Assembly: GCA_000708835.1 (NCBI GenBank)
Contig: DF237040.1
Coordinates: forward strand, 1 to 64,000
Length of the DNA: 64,000 bases
Direction of reading: 5' to 3'
From: Klebsormidium nitens
Lineage: Eukaryota > Plantae > Klebsormidiophyceae
This document shows positions 1 to 12,200 of this stretch, one piece after another. Numbering within the stretch: the stretch's first letter is position 1; the number at the start of each line of letters is the position of its first letter. A program made the position numbers and the translations under genes. The notes beneath the pieces are model-generated. The model did not search any database, had not been told where the DNA came from, and worked only from the letters and a program-made list of their open reading frames with translations.

Positions 1-382
1 GGACGAATCCGAATTCGACAGTTCATTCTGAACATTCCCTCGAAGACGTGACGCGAGCAATTGGCCGCTGGACACCCTTTTGTCTCCCCAAACTCCAATC
101 TCTTAGGGAGCTATCACTCAACAGCTATCTTCAGCTTGTATTCAACTCCTCGTATATCGTCTCTCCAGCCCGTATCTCTCTCACCCCGAGTCGATTCTGT
201 TCAACGCCGCTTCACTTGAAATCGACCCTATCTTACTTTACCAGCCGACCTCAAACTCCCACTTGACCCCAAATTCAAGTATTTGCCTGCATAACAAACG
301 AACGCTTCCTCACAAACGAACTCTTCCTCTTCACTTTGCTGTGGATACGCCGTCCAGCTCCTAGACTCTTCTCTCATATGCT

Positions 383-1568
383 TCAGGCCAAGTTGCGAGT
401 TGCACACTTATAAAAGCATGTTGCCAGGAGGATGAGAGGAACTAAGGACGACAGACCGACCAAAAGCTCCCAATCTACTCTCGACTCCCTCGGAGATTGA
501 TCGCCGGAGGATTGCTTGAACGGAGTCCCATTCTCGCGGCGACTCTTCCGCTCCGTGATCTCGTTGCGTAGCTGCTCAAAGCTGGTCACGTGCGGATCGC
601 CCAGCTGAGCACAGCTGTCCGGAAAGCCCACGTAGAAGTCGAACTTTTGGTCCAGGCCAGCTTCGCACAGGTGAAGCTTAAGCCCAGACTTTAATAAAGC
701 TTGGTTCAAATCGGAAACCTCCGGGTCAGGCAGCCTGACCGGCACCTGGGTTGCCACACTGGCAGCCTGATCGATTACGATGCTGAAGGCCATGCACATG
801 GCGGCAAGGGTAATCGAGACAAGCGCCCAAGTAATCTTCTGCCCCTCAATGTTATTTCACTCTTCTGGCGTGCGCGCAGGCTTTGCATTTGCCACGCTTG
901 TCTCAGGTTGCTTGTTTCGTGAGCATCCCATCCACAGAAGAAACGCGAAGGAGCCCAGTGTGGAAGCTATGAGGAAGAACGGCAACCAGAAGTGCTGAAG
1001 GACGAAGAACAATTCCCAATTGGTGTACTCGTGTAACGCCCTCGCCCGCATGCCCGGCCAAGCGTTACACCCCCCCGGATGCTCTATTTGATAGAAATTA
1101 TAGCTTGGCCCTTTGAGCTCGCTTGTGGCAACGCACAAGTTTGAGTGGCGGGTGCGAGGGCATGAGGGGGTTGTTCAAGCCCGGAATCCGCTCAAGGAAG
1201 GCGTTCACTTCTGTGGGTTCAGGCAGGAAGAGCCTATCCGTGCCATTCTTCTCAGTAACTTGCGTACTGTCAGTAAGTTTTGGGTGATCAGGCGCTTCCC
1301 TCAAACTAGGGTGAGGCGCTTCCCGCGTAAGCGACCAGCAAACTTGGGCCAGAAGCGCGATGCCCAGGAAAAATGTCGAAAACTTCCACAGCCAGCTGCC
1401 GCCGTTCTCGCTGCGACTGTGTTTGTTCACACGCTTGGCCTTGTGAAGGGTTATGCACAGCCCCCAGAGAGAAAAGCGCCATGGAAAGCTGGAAGCGTCG
1501 GGGGTTGCTGACGCTGGCGCGCCAGCGTAGTTGCTGACGACTGTCATTCTTGCTGGCGCCTCCACCAC
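383..1568 (-). pseudogene. Disrupted paralog of the 4-TM membrane protein at 2525..3685
   Basis: ORFs 1098..1568, 857..1138 and 383..799 are colinear with the 386-aa protein. There is a +1 nt insertion near 1122 (TGC CAC A AGC GAG vs TGC CGC AGC GAG in the paralog) and an in-frame TGA at 857-859, after which the same frame continues into 383..799. Confidence 0.85.
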
Positions 1569-1780
1569 GTTCTATCAAATGTTGTTTCGACGTTCTAGTA
1601 TACGCTTTTCTGTGGCGCAGCTACATCTTAGTTTGTCCGGATGACTTTGTTCAACAGGCTGCGCTAAAGAGCTAGGCGGCTGCCGTGCCATGCGCGCGGC
1701 CGGCAGTGCGATGAGCGCCCCGCGGCCGCCCTTCGCTCAGCCGCCGGGTTTCAGCTGAGCGCTAGCTTTTGAAAAAGTTA

Positions 1781-1830
1781 GTTAGAGCGACCAGACTCAG
1801 GGTAAGCTCTTCCGTAGTGGGTTTGTCTCG
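1781..1830. promoter_or_regulatory. Conserved upstream block shared by the two membrane-protein paralogs (second copy 3919..3968)
   Basis: GTTAGAGC(G/A)ACCAGACTCA(G/A)G(G/T)TAAGCTCTTCCGTAG(T/C)GGGTTTGTCTCG and a GCGCGGCCGGCAGTGCGA block occur about 100-280 bp upstream of both ATGs. A regulatory role is inferred only. Confidence 0.35.
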
Positions 1831-2524
1831 CGTTGACCTTGCATTACATCTTCTTGCATTCCAGTCAGCTTGCGCTTGGCGGCCAGTGCTAAGCAAACTG
1901 ATTTGACCGCTCTGCATGGAGAGAAATTCTAGAGTACTCATATGATTTGTACCAACGTTCGTGACGGATTATACCATAATATCTGACGGTCATGCAAGGC
2001 AGTGATGAAGTCGACCGCTTTTTCCCGATTGTTGCTGCCCATCTGTATGATTGTCACGGTTTCGTTTCCACTGCCCAAAAGAACTCAATATAAGTCTGCT
2101 GAATATCACGAGTCTTCTCCCGGCTCCAACCCCCAGGGGCGAACCTGAGCGGCGTCCACGAAACATGCAAGCACTGACAACCCCAGTATGTTGTGGACAC
2201 GATGAGCTACAAAGAGGGCAAGTGGGGCCACAAAAGTGATCATGACGCAAGCTCAGCGGACACACAGAAGCCTTCTTAGCTGCAACGCAAGACGGATGCC
2301 ATATGCAACATGACGACAATATCGGATCGCTCGATAGGTCAATTGAGTCAGGCCTCGTAATCCTAGAAAGCGTGATTGTCTTGAGTTTCTACGTTGGTTG
2401 AATTGGCCGCGCTTTGCGCCGTTCCTCAACTAGAGATCTATTAACTTTGATTGTTCTACTCGACTAAGGCTTATCCTCTGCTTTGATAGAATTCTGCCGT
2501 CCTCTGAGAGTTGCTCCTCTTTCT

Positions 2525-3685
2525 TTATGCGAGGATGCGATATGCACATATGTAGAAGCATATCGCTAGGAACGTCACGGTTAACATGGACCCCAGCAAA
2601 ACCCCGCCCATCCAAGAATCATTTTTACTCCGGGGAGACTGGTCGTCAGGAAAGTCCCCTAAGACGGTGCTGAATTGTCCGCTTCTTCTCCACTCCCGCA
2701 TCTGTTCGCGTTGAAGCCGATTAGAGATAGGCAGGTGTGGATCGCCCAGTTGCGAACAGCTGTCCGGAAAGCCCACATAAAAGTCGAACTTTTCGTACAT
2801 GCCAGCCTCGCATCGATACACTTGGCTGAGCCCAGACTCTGCCAGAAAGTGGTTCAGACCATATGAAACCTCCGGGTCAGGCAGCCTAACCGGCACCTCC
2901 GTTACCATATTGACGAGCGTGTCTATATTTGCAAAACACAAAACCATGCCAATGCAGCCGAGCATGAATGAGATCAGCCCCAAAAGTGTCTTGATTGTCT
3001 CCTTTGCCCGTTCTGATCTGCGCGCGCGCTTTGCCAGGCTTGTGGCGGGATCCTTGCCCGGCAAAAAACCGTACCACATCAGAAAGGCGAAGAGGCCCAG
3101 CACAGAAACCACGAGAAAGTAGGGCAACCAAGGAAGCTGTCGGACGAAGAACAGCTCTTTGGGTGTATACTCGTGTAACGCCTTCTCTCGCATCCCCGGC
3201 CTGGCGTTACACCCCCCTGGGTGCTCTACCTGATAGAAATCGTAGCTTGGCCCTTTGAGCTCGCTGCGGCAGCGCGCGACTTTGAGAGGCGGGTGCGTTG
3301 GCATGAGGGGGTTGTTCAAGCCCGGAATCTCCTTAAGAAAGGCGTTCACTTCTGTGGGTTCAGGGAGAAAGAGCGTGTCCGTGCAATTGCTCTCAGAAAC
3401 TTGCGTATTTTCAGTAAACCCATGGTGAGGCGCTTCGCGCGAAAGCAACCAGCAAACGTGGGCCACCAGGGCTGTGCCGAGAAACAGAGTGGAAAGCTTC
3501 CACTGCCAACTGCCGCAGCCCTCCTTTTTGTGTTTGTTCACACGCTTCGTTCTGTGCAGTGTTATGCACAGGCCCCATAAAGAAAAGCGCCATGGAACGC
3601 TCGAAACGTCGGGAGTCGCTGGATCAGATGACGCTGGCGAATTGGCGTAGTCGCTTACGACTGTCATTCTTGCGGGCGCCTGCAC
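2525..3685 (-). CDS. Intronless 386-aa multi-pass (about 4 TM) membrane protein of unknown family
   Basis: Long uninterrupted ORF with four hydrophobic segments (WKLSTLFLGTALVAHVCWLL; PYFLVVSVLGLFAFLMWYGFL; LLGLISFMLGCIGMVLCFANI; WMGGVLLGSMLTVTFLAICFYIC). A diverged tandem paralog conserves the reading frame and the cysteines. Confidence 0.85.
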   Translation of the reverse strand: MQAPARMTVVSDYANSPASSDPATPDVSSVPWRFSLWGLCITLHRTKRVNKHKKEGCGSWQWKLSTLFLGTALVAHVCWLLSREAPHHGFTENTQVSESNCTDTLFLPEPTEVNAFLKEIPGLNNPLMPTHPPLKVARCRSELKGPSYDFYQVEHPGGCNARPGMREKALHEYTPKELFFVRQLPWLPYFLVVSVLGLFAFLMWYGFLPGKDPATSLAKRARRSERAKETIKTLLGLISFMLGCIGMVLCFANIDTLVNMVTEVPVRLPDPEVSYGLNHFLAESGLSQVYRCEAGMYEKFDFYVGFPDSCSQLGDPHLPISNRLQREQMREWRRSGQFSTVLGDFPDDQSPRSKNDSWMGGVLLGSMLTVTFLAICFYICAYRILA

Positions 3686-4335
3686 TACGACCCGTTGTCA
3701 AAGAAAAGAAATATTTTGAAGGTCTGTACCCCGTCCTTAGCGCTGCTACTTGTTCTTTCGTCCAATTAGTGACTTTGTTCAAAAGTCTGCTGCATAGAGC
3801 GCGCGGCTGCCGTGCCAGACGTCGTGCCACGCGCGGCCGGCAGTGCGACTAGCGCCTCTTGGCCGCCTTGCCGGGTTTCAGAGCGCTCAGTCAAGTTTGC
3901 AGAAGATTGCAAAAGTAAGTTAGAGCAACCAGACTCAAGTTAAGCTCTTCCGTAGCGGGTTTGTCTCGTTAACCCTGCATTGGATTTGCCTGCATTGCTT
4001 GGGCTGCCAAGCAAACTGGATTGATGTTCTCTAATAGAACTGCGTCGATCGTTTTGCATGGAACCGCAGCTAAAACTTTTAACCTTTTAGTAAAAGCTTG
4101 CATAGCGCCTCCTGTTGCAAAATTTGTTGTCTGGCAGTCTCGTGCGATTGAGGCAATGCTGGCATACCGAACTCATTCTCCACCCTGATTTGCCTCTCAA
4201 CGACAATTGCGCCCAGCGGAGTGAAGGCACTCGATTCGAAACGCACACTCATTTGGCAGGGCAGACGTCCTACCGACGTCGGAGGTTTTCAGCAACTATA
4301 AACCAATTGCATCGAGGCTCTCCATCGCATGCACA

Positions 4336-7300
4336 ATGCTGCGAGGTAGTTCAATTAGCGTGAGGAGTGTCCGAGGGGCACTCAACAATGGCAGTCCCTT
4401 CTCCCTGCAATTCAACCGGGGCATGGCCGGGCGCATTTTGTACACTGCAGAATCCACTGCTGTAGGGGGCAGGAACGGCACCGCAAAGTCCACTGATGGA
4501 ACCGGTACGTTGCTTGCCAGCCAGGTTGTTGTGCTTTTCTTCTCTGTTGTGGAGGGGCATGATTCATTGTCCTTGATGAGGGTGGTTCCGTAACCATGCA
4601 AGCTGCATCTCAGAAAGTTTTCCTAGCAAAGGCGAGCTGATATGACAGCCCTTGAGATTGGGCTAGTGGGCATCTGCGGGGAGATCTGGAAAGAAAGAGG
4701 AGACAAAATCAGCTAACGCAAAAGTAGATTAGCTTTTTGGGAGAAGGAACTTGGTCGCTTGGGACGTTTCAGCTTCTGCATGCTGCCTTCACTTTGAAAC
4801 CCACCGCAGGCTCCTCTAAATGGATTGTCTGCCTCCTGAATTATCAGGTCACGTCGTGTCAGCTTCCATACACCGATTCTTGCGTCCAGATTCCAACTCC
4901 TCCAGATCAATCAGTGGCTGATTTGCAAAACGTTCCCGGACTTGTGGGGCAATGAACTGCAAACCATCACCTGAAACAGGGGCTTAGTCCCCAAACCACT
5001 TTCCGGGATCATCAAGATCAAGGGAGCCTTCCGTAAACCTTGTGAACCACCAATGAATGTAAGTAATGCTGTATGTTGATGGGCTTTGATCAACACTGTG
5101 CAGATGCGCTCGACTTGAAGCTTTCAATGCCAAAGGCGCTGGGAGGACCTGGGGGCGAGGGGACGAACCCAGAGCAGCTGTTCTCAGCAGGTAAGAATTG
5201 TTCTATGTCTCCAGTCCTAGTTGCCAAAGCGTTTATCAATTTAGATTTTGGTTGCTTGGAATCTGGAAAACACTTCAGGATCATTTGATCGGAGTTGAAG
5301 AAGAGGATCAGTACAAAAAAACTTGGTGGGGAGTCTTCAATTTCAAAAGACACTGGGTGTGTTCACCACTCCAGAATTCGATCTAAAATTTTCCCCTCCC
5401 AAGATTGCTCTGCTCTTCTCTAACAGTAGCTTCAATTGTTCCTATTGAGCTTGATGTTTGTTGGGCCCCCCAATATTGTCAGGCTATGGTTAACAGATTG
5501 TTCCCTTAACACGAACCTGCACGAATATGTCTTCTATTCCAGAGTGATTGCTGTAGTTGTCCTGCTAGCTCGTTACACCGCTACTTGGTGTTGTGGGCAG
5601 AGTTTTTTCCCTGATTCCCACAGGTTCTCAGATTGTGTATGCTTCCCTTCAGTACCCATGACGATAGGCAATTAGACCATCAAGTTATAAGCCAGACTAC
5701 ATTCATTCTCCACTGCAGAAGGTCAACTGTTTCCACTTATTGTCAAAGTCGCCTAGCCTTGACAGTAGGCAGCCTCTACATATAGTATTGAGTTCTTCTT
5801 ATGTCACTCTGACTGGCCCCAGGAACCTAGTTCTAAACCCTCTTCCTCTTAGATTGTCAAGCAGTTTCTCGTGCCAGGGTTTCAAAATTCGACTCATAGA
5901 GCGGTTCAAAGCAGGGCAAAGAAGCCGTCTGTGGATTCTCTTCGAACCAGTCCGAAAGCGCGCTTAGAGTGGGGCGTAGAGACCAATAAGAAACAGTCTT
6001 CAAACCCAGCCGCTCCTTCAAATGATTCTGCCAATTTAAGCGCTCGATTTCTTGACACATAATTCTTGTTGCCGAAGTACGAATGTCATCAGAAACCCTC
6101 TGTTAAAGCAGGACGCCAAAGCCATCTGTTGTCTCCCTTCGAACCACCAGAAAGCCGCGCTCAAAGCGGGGGCGGAGACACCTGTAAGAAATAGTCTTCA
6201 AGCCGAGCCGATCAATCACCTCATCCTTCCAATCTAAAAGCTCCTGTCCTGACACGTACCCTTCTCGCTGAAGCACGGGTTTCATTAGAAACCTGCTCAT
6301 AAAGCAGGACGCAGAAGCCTTGTGTAAACTATCTTCAAACCAGCAAAAAGCCGCCCGTAAAGCGGGGCGGAGAAACCTGTAAGAAACATCCTTCAAAACT
6401 GAGCGTCTTCAACATCGTTCCAAACTAGCGCTCCTTTCCTTGACACATTAGTTCTCGCGCAGGATACGCCGCGTGCTTCCTTGGAGCGATGGGGGCTGCC
6501 GCTAAGAAGCTGAAGAAGAGCCTGCCCGAGTCGACGGCCGTCCGGGGAACCGTCCACTTCATCAGCGACAACGGGAAAGTGAGCGAGCGTCTCGGCGCTT
6601 CTCACAGTGGCAGGAAGCACTTGGTTGTTGTTTCGAAAGTCCAAAGACCGAGAAGCTTCTAATTTCCGTCCAAGAAACTTTCAAGGGTTGGAAGTTGAGA
6701 AGCTGTAGTTCCCGTCCAAGAAACTTAGCAAGAGTCGAAGATTCTGATTCCCGCAACACGCGCCTCAATCCGTGCACCAACGTGGTTCCGTTGAGCAATG
6801 TCTTGCTGCAGCTAACAGGGGAAAACAAGCCGCTTTGGTCGTGGCAGCTTAAAGCCCGTCCAGTTGGAAGACCGACTTCGATGTCAACGTTCGAATCTGT
6901 CGTTGTTCCTCTCTTTGCCATGCTCTCGGTCGTGATCGAGCTCGCGTCTCATGGAGTCCGACTGTAAGCAAAGCATTCGCTCTTTCACTCCATCGCTTCT
7001 GATCCCAGCTCGCAAGAATGGACGGCGGAGTATCCGATTTTGTTCTGCAGACGAAGGAACGGCCAACGGGTGGACTCAACTCATATACGCCCTTCCAGTT
7101 ACTTCAGATCATCTTTCGAAGCATCCTTAGAAACAACTTCAGCCGTTTTCTTGTTTTCGGGTATTTCAAGATCCCACGAAAGCTCTCCTACGACCTGAAT
7201 CGTGTTCCGGCTTTTGAGTGTGAAGCAACCGAAGCAGTTCTCCAAGGGCTGCTGCTTTCGTCTTTGCCGCTTTCATCACGTCAGAGTGGATCCTTCTAAC

Positions 7301-7660
7301 AAGCCAAATAGAAGGCGCTCTTTCCAATGTTCGTCTGCGTGTTATAACGCAAGATCCAAGCTCGTGGGACACATTCCCTAAAACAACGTACGTGTACGCG
7401 TTCATATCGGCCCACCCTGAGCGGCTTCAAGAAGTAACATCTATAAGCGCTTCGCAGATGGGTAAGAGCATGATAACACTTGCTAACTATTCTGCGGCGC
7501 GTTTTTGCAGCTTGGGTTAGGCGTTGGGTTGCATGCCCATTCGCCAGACATCTCGACGGCCGACCTCCAGAAAATAATGGAGGAAGCGCATCAGATCTGC
7601 CCCTACTCAAACGCGACACGTGGCAACATCAACGTGGACCTCTCAGCTGAAGGAGCTTGA
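4336..7660 (+). CDS. ohr: Organic hydroperoxide resistance protein (Ohr/OsmC family, Ohr subfamily), 173 aa; exons 4336-4504, 5104-5190, 6463-6578, 7511-7660
   Basis: The spliced product carries Ohr motifs [38 protein letters not shown] (peroxidatic Cys) and [19 protein letters not shown] (resolving Cys). All introns are GT-AG with consistent phases (1,1,0) and the total is 522 nt. Confidence 0.95.
5860..6462. repeat. Degenerate ~195-bp tandem repeat (3 units) at the 3' end of ohr intron 2
   Basis: AAGAAA(C/T)A(G/T)(T/C)CTTCAA recurs at 5988, 6186 and 6381, and TGACAC recurs at 6053, 6250 and 6441. The last unit supplies the functional acceptor at 6461-6462. Confidence 0.75.
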
Positions 7661-9233
7661 CCGCTTTACTGGAGTTGCCGTGTACAATATCCGCCCGCTT
7701 GCGCATATAATTTGTAGCGGATCTGCACCCACCAATAATATGATAGTGGAGCTATCATCTTTCTTTTGTAAAGATGAATACCGTTGTAAAGTACGAAGGA
7801 TTCCGCAAAGGTGGACTGCAAATCCATACTATCTAGCAGATCACGTCCCGTTAATTGCCGTGCTCAGTGACTGCTGTCGAGGACTGTCTGATATTAGGGG
7901 CTACTTGGGGCTGCAAATGAAGACGTGTAATACAATTGTAAAGATACTAAGTATATTGCAGTATGGTGAAGGTACGTAACTCTTGTGCATGTTTGAGGGG
8001 CCATGTAGCTGAACGCATCGACATATCACAATATTCAGTACCGTCACATGATTGGTTTTGGTGTGCACCCGACTGCAACAATTGCTGACCGTGGAGCAAT
8101 TTAAGGTACTCAGACGACTGGTTAGGGGGCTCTTAGTGACTCGCACCCTAGGATCTGATTTTGAAAAACTTAAGACGGGTCGATATATATTTATGAGATT
8201 CTTCGATGTGAACGTCGGCGGCACCCATTGAGCGGCCGGCCAGTCCAAATGATCTTTAATTGGCGGTGCATGATCCCTCTGATGTCCGCCCCATTCAATC
8301 TATCGACACTACAAACTTGAGCGCGCATGGACCCGCGGTGCATAATCGGATTTGTTGAAGTTCTTGATTGCATGCTAATCATATATTCGAACTTGATTGT
8401 GAATGAAAGTTGGAAATCCAACAATCGATGGATCCGCAGCATCAATGATGTGCGGCAGCACTGAGCTGCAATATACTACCTAATAGAATATGTGAGTCCG
8501 ACATGCTGGCGTGCCGTGCAGCGCAGTCCAGAACACGATCGATCTCATGATTGAAAGCGTCGATTTACAAGTGAGAGCACGAAGGCAAGTACACGTACGG
8601 ACGAAATCTGGAAGTGGCCATCGGCTGCATTGTAATTGCCAGATCGAGCGGTATATGAGCGCGGGCCTGCTGGAAAGGACCTAAGAAAGACACTTGTGGC
8701 CCAAGGCTCATGCGATCCAGAATCTGTACGGTGCCGCGCGCAGCAAAAAAGGGTCGAATGAACATGGCGTTTTGAATGCATGTAACATCGAGTGGAGCCT
8801 GGGTCCGACGGAAGTGGACAGAAGCGTGAAAATTTCGATTAAGGATCAGACAACTGTCTTTTCCGGTCATCCGACCATCCATCTGTAACTTAGGATGCAT
8901 GAAAGACCGTCGAAAAGAGGGCCTCGTGACAAACATCAAACATCAAGTACCTACGTGAATAAGCATAGAATGGTTGCGCTTAGGCAGACCAAAAACGTGT
9001 ACAGGTCCGCAAAAAAATTCCTACTACCGGCCTTTGAAGCATCATATGGTGTCAAACGTGACGCAAGTATGTCCAACAACTGCAATAACCTCTCCAACTA
9101 TGTCCAGGGTCTCAACGAATAGCAGTCCATTGTACACTTGATTTAGCTGCCAAACGGACTTGAGGGTTCAAGCAAAGGCCCTGCTTGTGCGACGTTACTA
9201 TGTGCAATTTGTCTTGTGACACAGCGCGCCAGT

Positions 9234-12200
9234 CTACGAGCAGCAGCTGCTCTTCTGAGGCAAGGGCCGGCTCTCCCCTGGCTTTACGGTCACCCCACCC
9301 TTGTTGCTCACGGCTGGCTGGCTCGCCATCCTGCAACAAACACGACATGCAGTCAGCTTCTGTAGTACGTTGACGCGTCTCTGTAGCCTCTACAAACTTT
9401 CGCCACTAGAGATGTTCGAATCCTCTCCTGTTCCAAATCCAAACATGGGCAGTCGCAGAATGCACTGAATCCCTTTTTCAAAGTCTGCAAAGATTCAAGG
9501 GGCACCGTACTTTGTATAGGTCGGTGCCAAACGAACCTTATGACCGATACAGCAAGCAGATGGAAACCCAATGAACAAATTGTAACCAGGACCCGAGAGA
9601 TGCGCAGTAAGAGTTGCCAGCCAAGCTCAAAGCAAGCCAGAATAACAACCTGCGGGTGTAAGCGACCTTCAAGAAAACAAGTTTTTAAGAGGCTCATGAT
9701 TGCAGGTGCGAAAGGCAGTATCTGTAATCTCACCTGTTCTTGATTTCGGCGGCCATGGTCATGAAAGCCTGCTCGACGTTTGTGGCATTTTTGGCGGAGG
9801 TTTCCAGGAAAGGAATGCCAATCTCGTCAGCAAACGCCTGCAAGACACGACAAGAACCGTGGTCCGTTCAGCAATCCTTCCTACAAAAGATATACTATCG
9901 AATATGTACACTGGTATGACTCTTTGCCCAAATAAAAAGCTGACAGCAATACTAGACACAATCGCTTTGTCAGGGGTACTCTAACGAGGTAACTTCCATC
10001 TCCAGGAAACTCCTCAATAAAGGTCCTTCGTAATAGGTGCTTCCTTGCGCTCAGTCCCAGAATAACGGCCGATTTGTATGGCATACCTGCTCGTCGGCAA
10101 GGCCGATCAAAGCCACATCTTATCCGATCTGACTCCACGCTAATAAGTGACGCTGTTTTTCCACGTTTTATAAACTTTTTTTTTCAAATAACAGCTCGCG
10201 GAAGTATCTCAATGGCAAAGTGTAGCTTTGCCAAGAGCGAAAAACGACTCAGTTTCATCGTTACTTTGCTGACGAGCCTATACGCCCTGCCCCAATTAAT
10301 GTCCGAAAGGACTTGATATTGCCACAGCGACTGATGGACCGAATTTTTAAAACCGAACCTTCTCAAATCGATGAGCAATACGTCAAGAGGATTGTGTCTT
10401 CATCTGTCAAACGTCACAAACACCCCAAACGTGGTGCTCAATTCATCAAGCGGTTTGAGTCACTCAACTTCTGACCGCACCGCATGTCCTCGCTGTAAAA
10501 ACGCTCAAGATTGAGAATGCAAAGGGACCATAATACACAGAATCAACCAACGACTGACGTTTTGTAAAAACTTTACAACAAAGTAAAATCAAACCAATTA
10601 GTGCCAAAGGAACACTACACTGAGGACAGATAAGCGCACAAAATAGGTCCAGATGAATCTTTGAAACCATGCCAGCTGGAACAAGATCCAAACCAACGAG
10701 GTTCCCTCACCTTAGCCGTCTTTGTGTCCACCACCTTCTTTGCCGTGAGGTCGCTCTTGTTTCCTACCAGCAGCTTGTTCACATTCTCATTTGCATACCG
10801 GTCAATCTCGTTGAGCCACTGCTTGACATTGTTGAAGCTCTCCTGGTCAGTGACGTCGTAAACAACCTGCAGCGCAGAAAGATTGTCTTTCAGCACAAGC
10901 GTCCAAATGTCAGCTGGATAATCTGCAAGCCTATCCAGATGTGACATCTGCTCACAGGATAGGATTCTGCGAATGGATTGGAAACAGGACGGCAAACGGA
11001 TGTTGCAAGATTCAAGCACTCCCTGTGTATCCTTTCTACAGACACTTCTTTCTAATGAGAAAATCCAGTTCATCAGCATGTATGCCACAAATCCGTGCTC
11101 TCGCAAAGCATGCAATGAATCCAGCTGAAAGTAGATTCATTTGCCGCCTTCTTAAACAAACTTGCCGTCACTAATACAACCGTCTCTCATACCAATCTCC
11201 AGCGGATCCGGACCAGACACCTATTGATTCTCAACTACATCAAAAAGTGGCAGGGCTGCCACCAAATCTAAGAAGACTAGGGACAAAATAAGTTTCCAAC
11301 CCTGAGCCTTAACCCCAATCTCGATTGAAGTTTGCAGTTCCTATTGCAAGTGAACTCTTGACAACATGAGGCATAAGGTGTAGGCGCAGATGAATGGCCA
11401 CTTTTTGAGCGACACAAATTTAAGCGACAAGTGGGACAACTTTGGTGAACAAACTCCTAATGCCAGTTTCCTTTTTTTGTCAGCGGGGTCTTCATTATGG
11501 ATAAAAGCAACCAAAACATCGTTGATGTCAAAGATGACATCGCAGTGCCACTCACAATGATTCCATGCGCGCCCCGGTAGTAGCTGCTCGTGATAGTCCG
11601 GAAGCGCTCTTGGCCAGCCGTATCCCACTGCAGAAAGCAACAAAGGCTCCAGAAATGACGACAAGCAAGAATGAAGCGATAAGCGAAGACAGCAAATCCT
11701 TCTCATATCGAGCTTCTGTCTGCTGTCAAACCTGATGTACCCTCAAGGCCGCGCATAATCCTTAGATCTGAAGGCTACTTGACTGCAACCTGTGCACTGC
11801 TTCTACAAGCAGTCTCATAAAGATCAGCGTACGCAGGTGGTTCAATTTGTATCTTACTATTGAGCTGAAGAACTCAAAATGAAAGGGGGCCCTTGACCGA
11901 CAGTTGACACCTTGAAGCAACGAGCATCCCAAAAGATGCTCGCCTATGCTCAACACTGGTCACAAAATCGCTACACGTTGACTCAGCATTTTGTGTAAAA
12001 CACCAATCCCAATAATATGCGCCGAAGGAAACATGAAAATGAGAAGCTCACAATCTGCAGCTTGATGGTCTTGCCGTCTAGCTCCACGGTCCGGATCTTC
12101 TGCAAGAGACAAAAGGGATGGCGCCATAAGCGTCACGTGCGCACTAGACCTGATCTGTTTGCATCATTCCTCCAGAGCTTCGTCCAATTCAGAACAAGTG

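Noticed and set aside
1-380. 72-aa ORF and possible retroelement fragment
   Set aside because: No recognisable motif, and the region is cut by the window edge.
5857-6644. Antisense ORFs sharing RLGLKT(V/I)SY as a nested gene in the ohr intron
   Set aside because: The similarity is explained by the DNA tandem repeat, and frames are not maintained across all units.
8180-8900. CATG/GATC-rich intergenic tracts (also about 14200-14700, 49400-50050, 56500-57200, 62700-62830) as one repeat family
   Set aside because: The compositional resemblance is visible, but I could not align them convincingly by eye.
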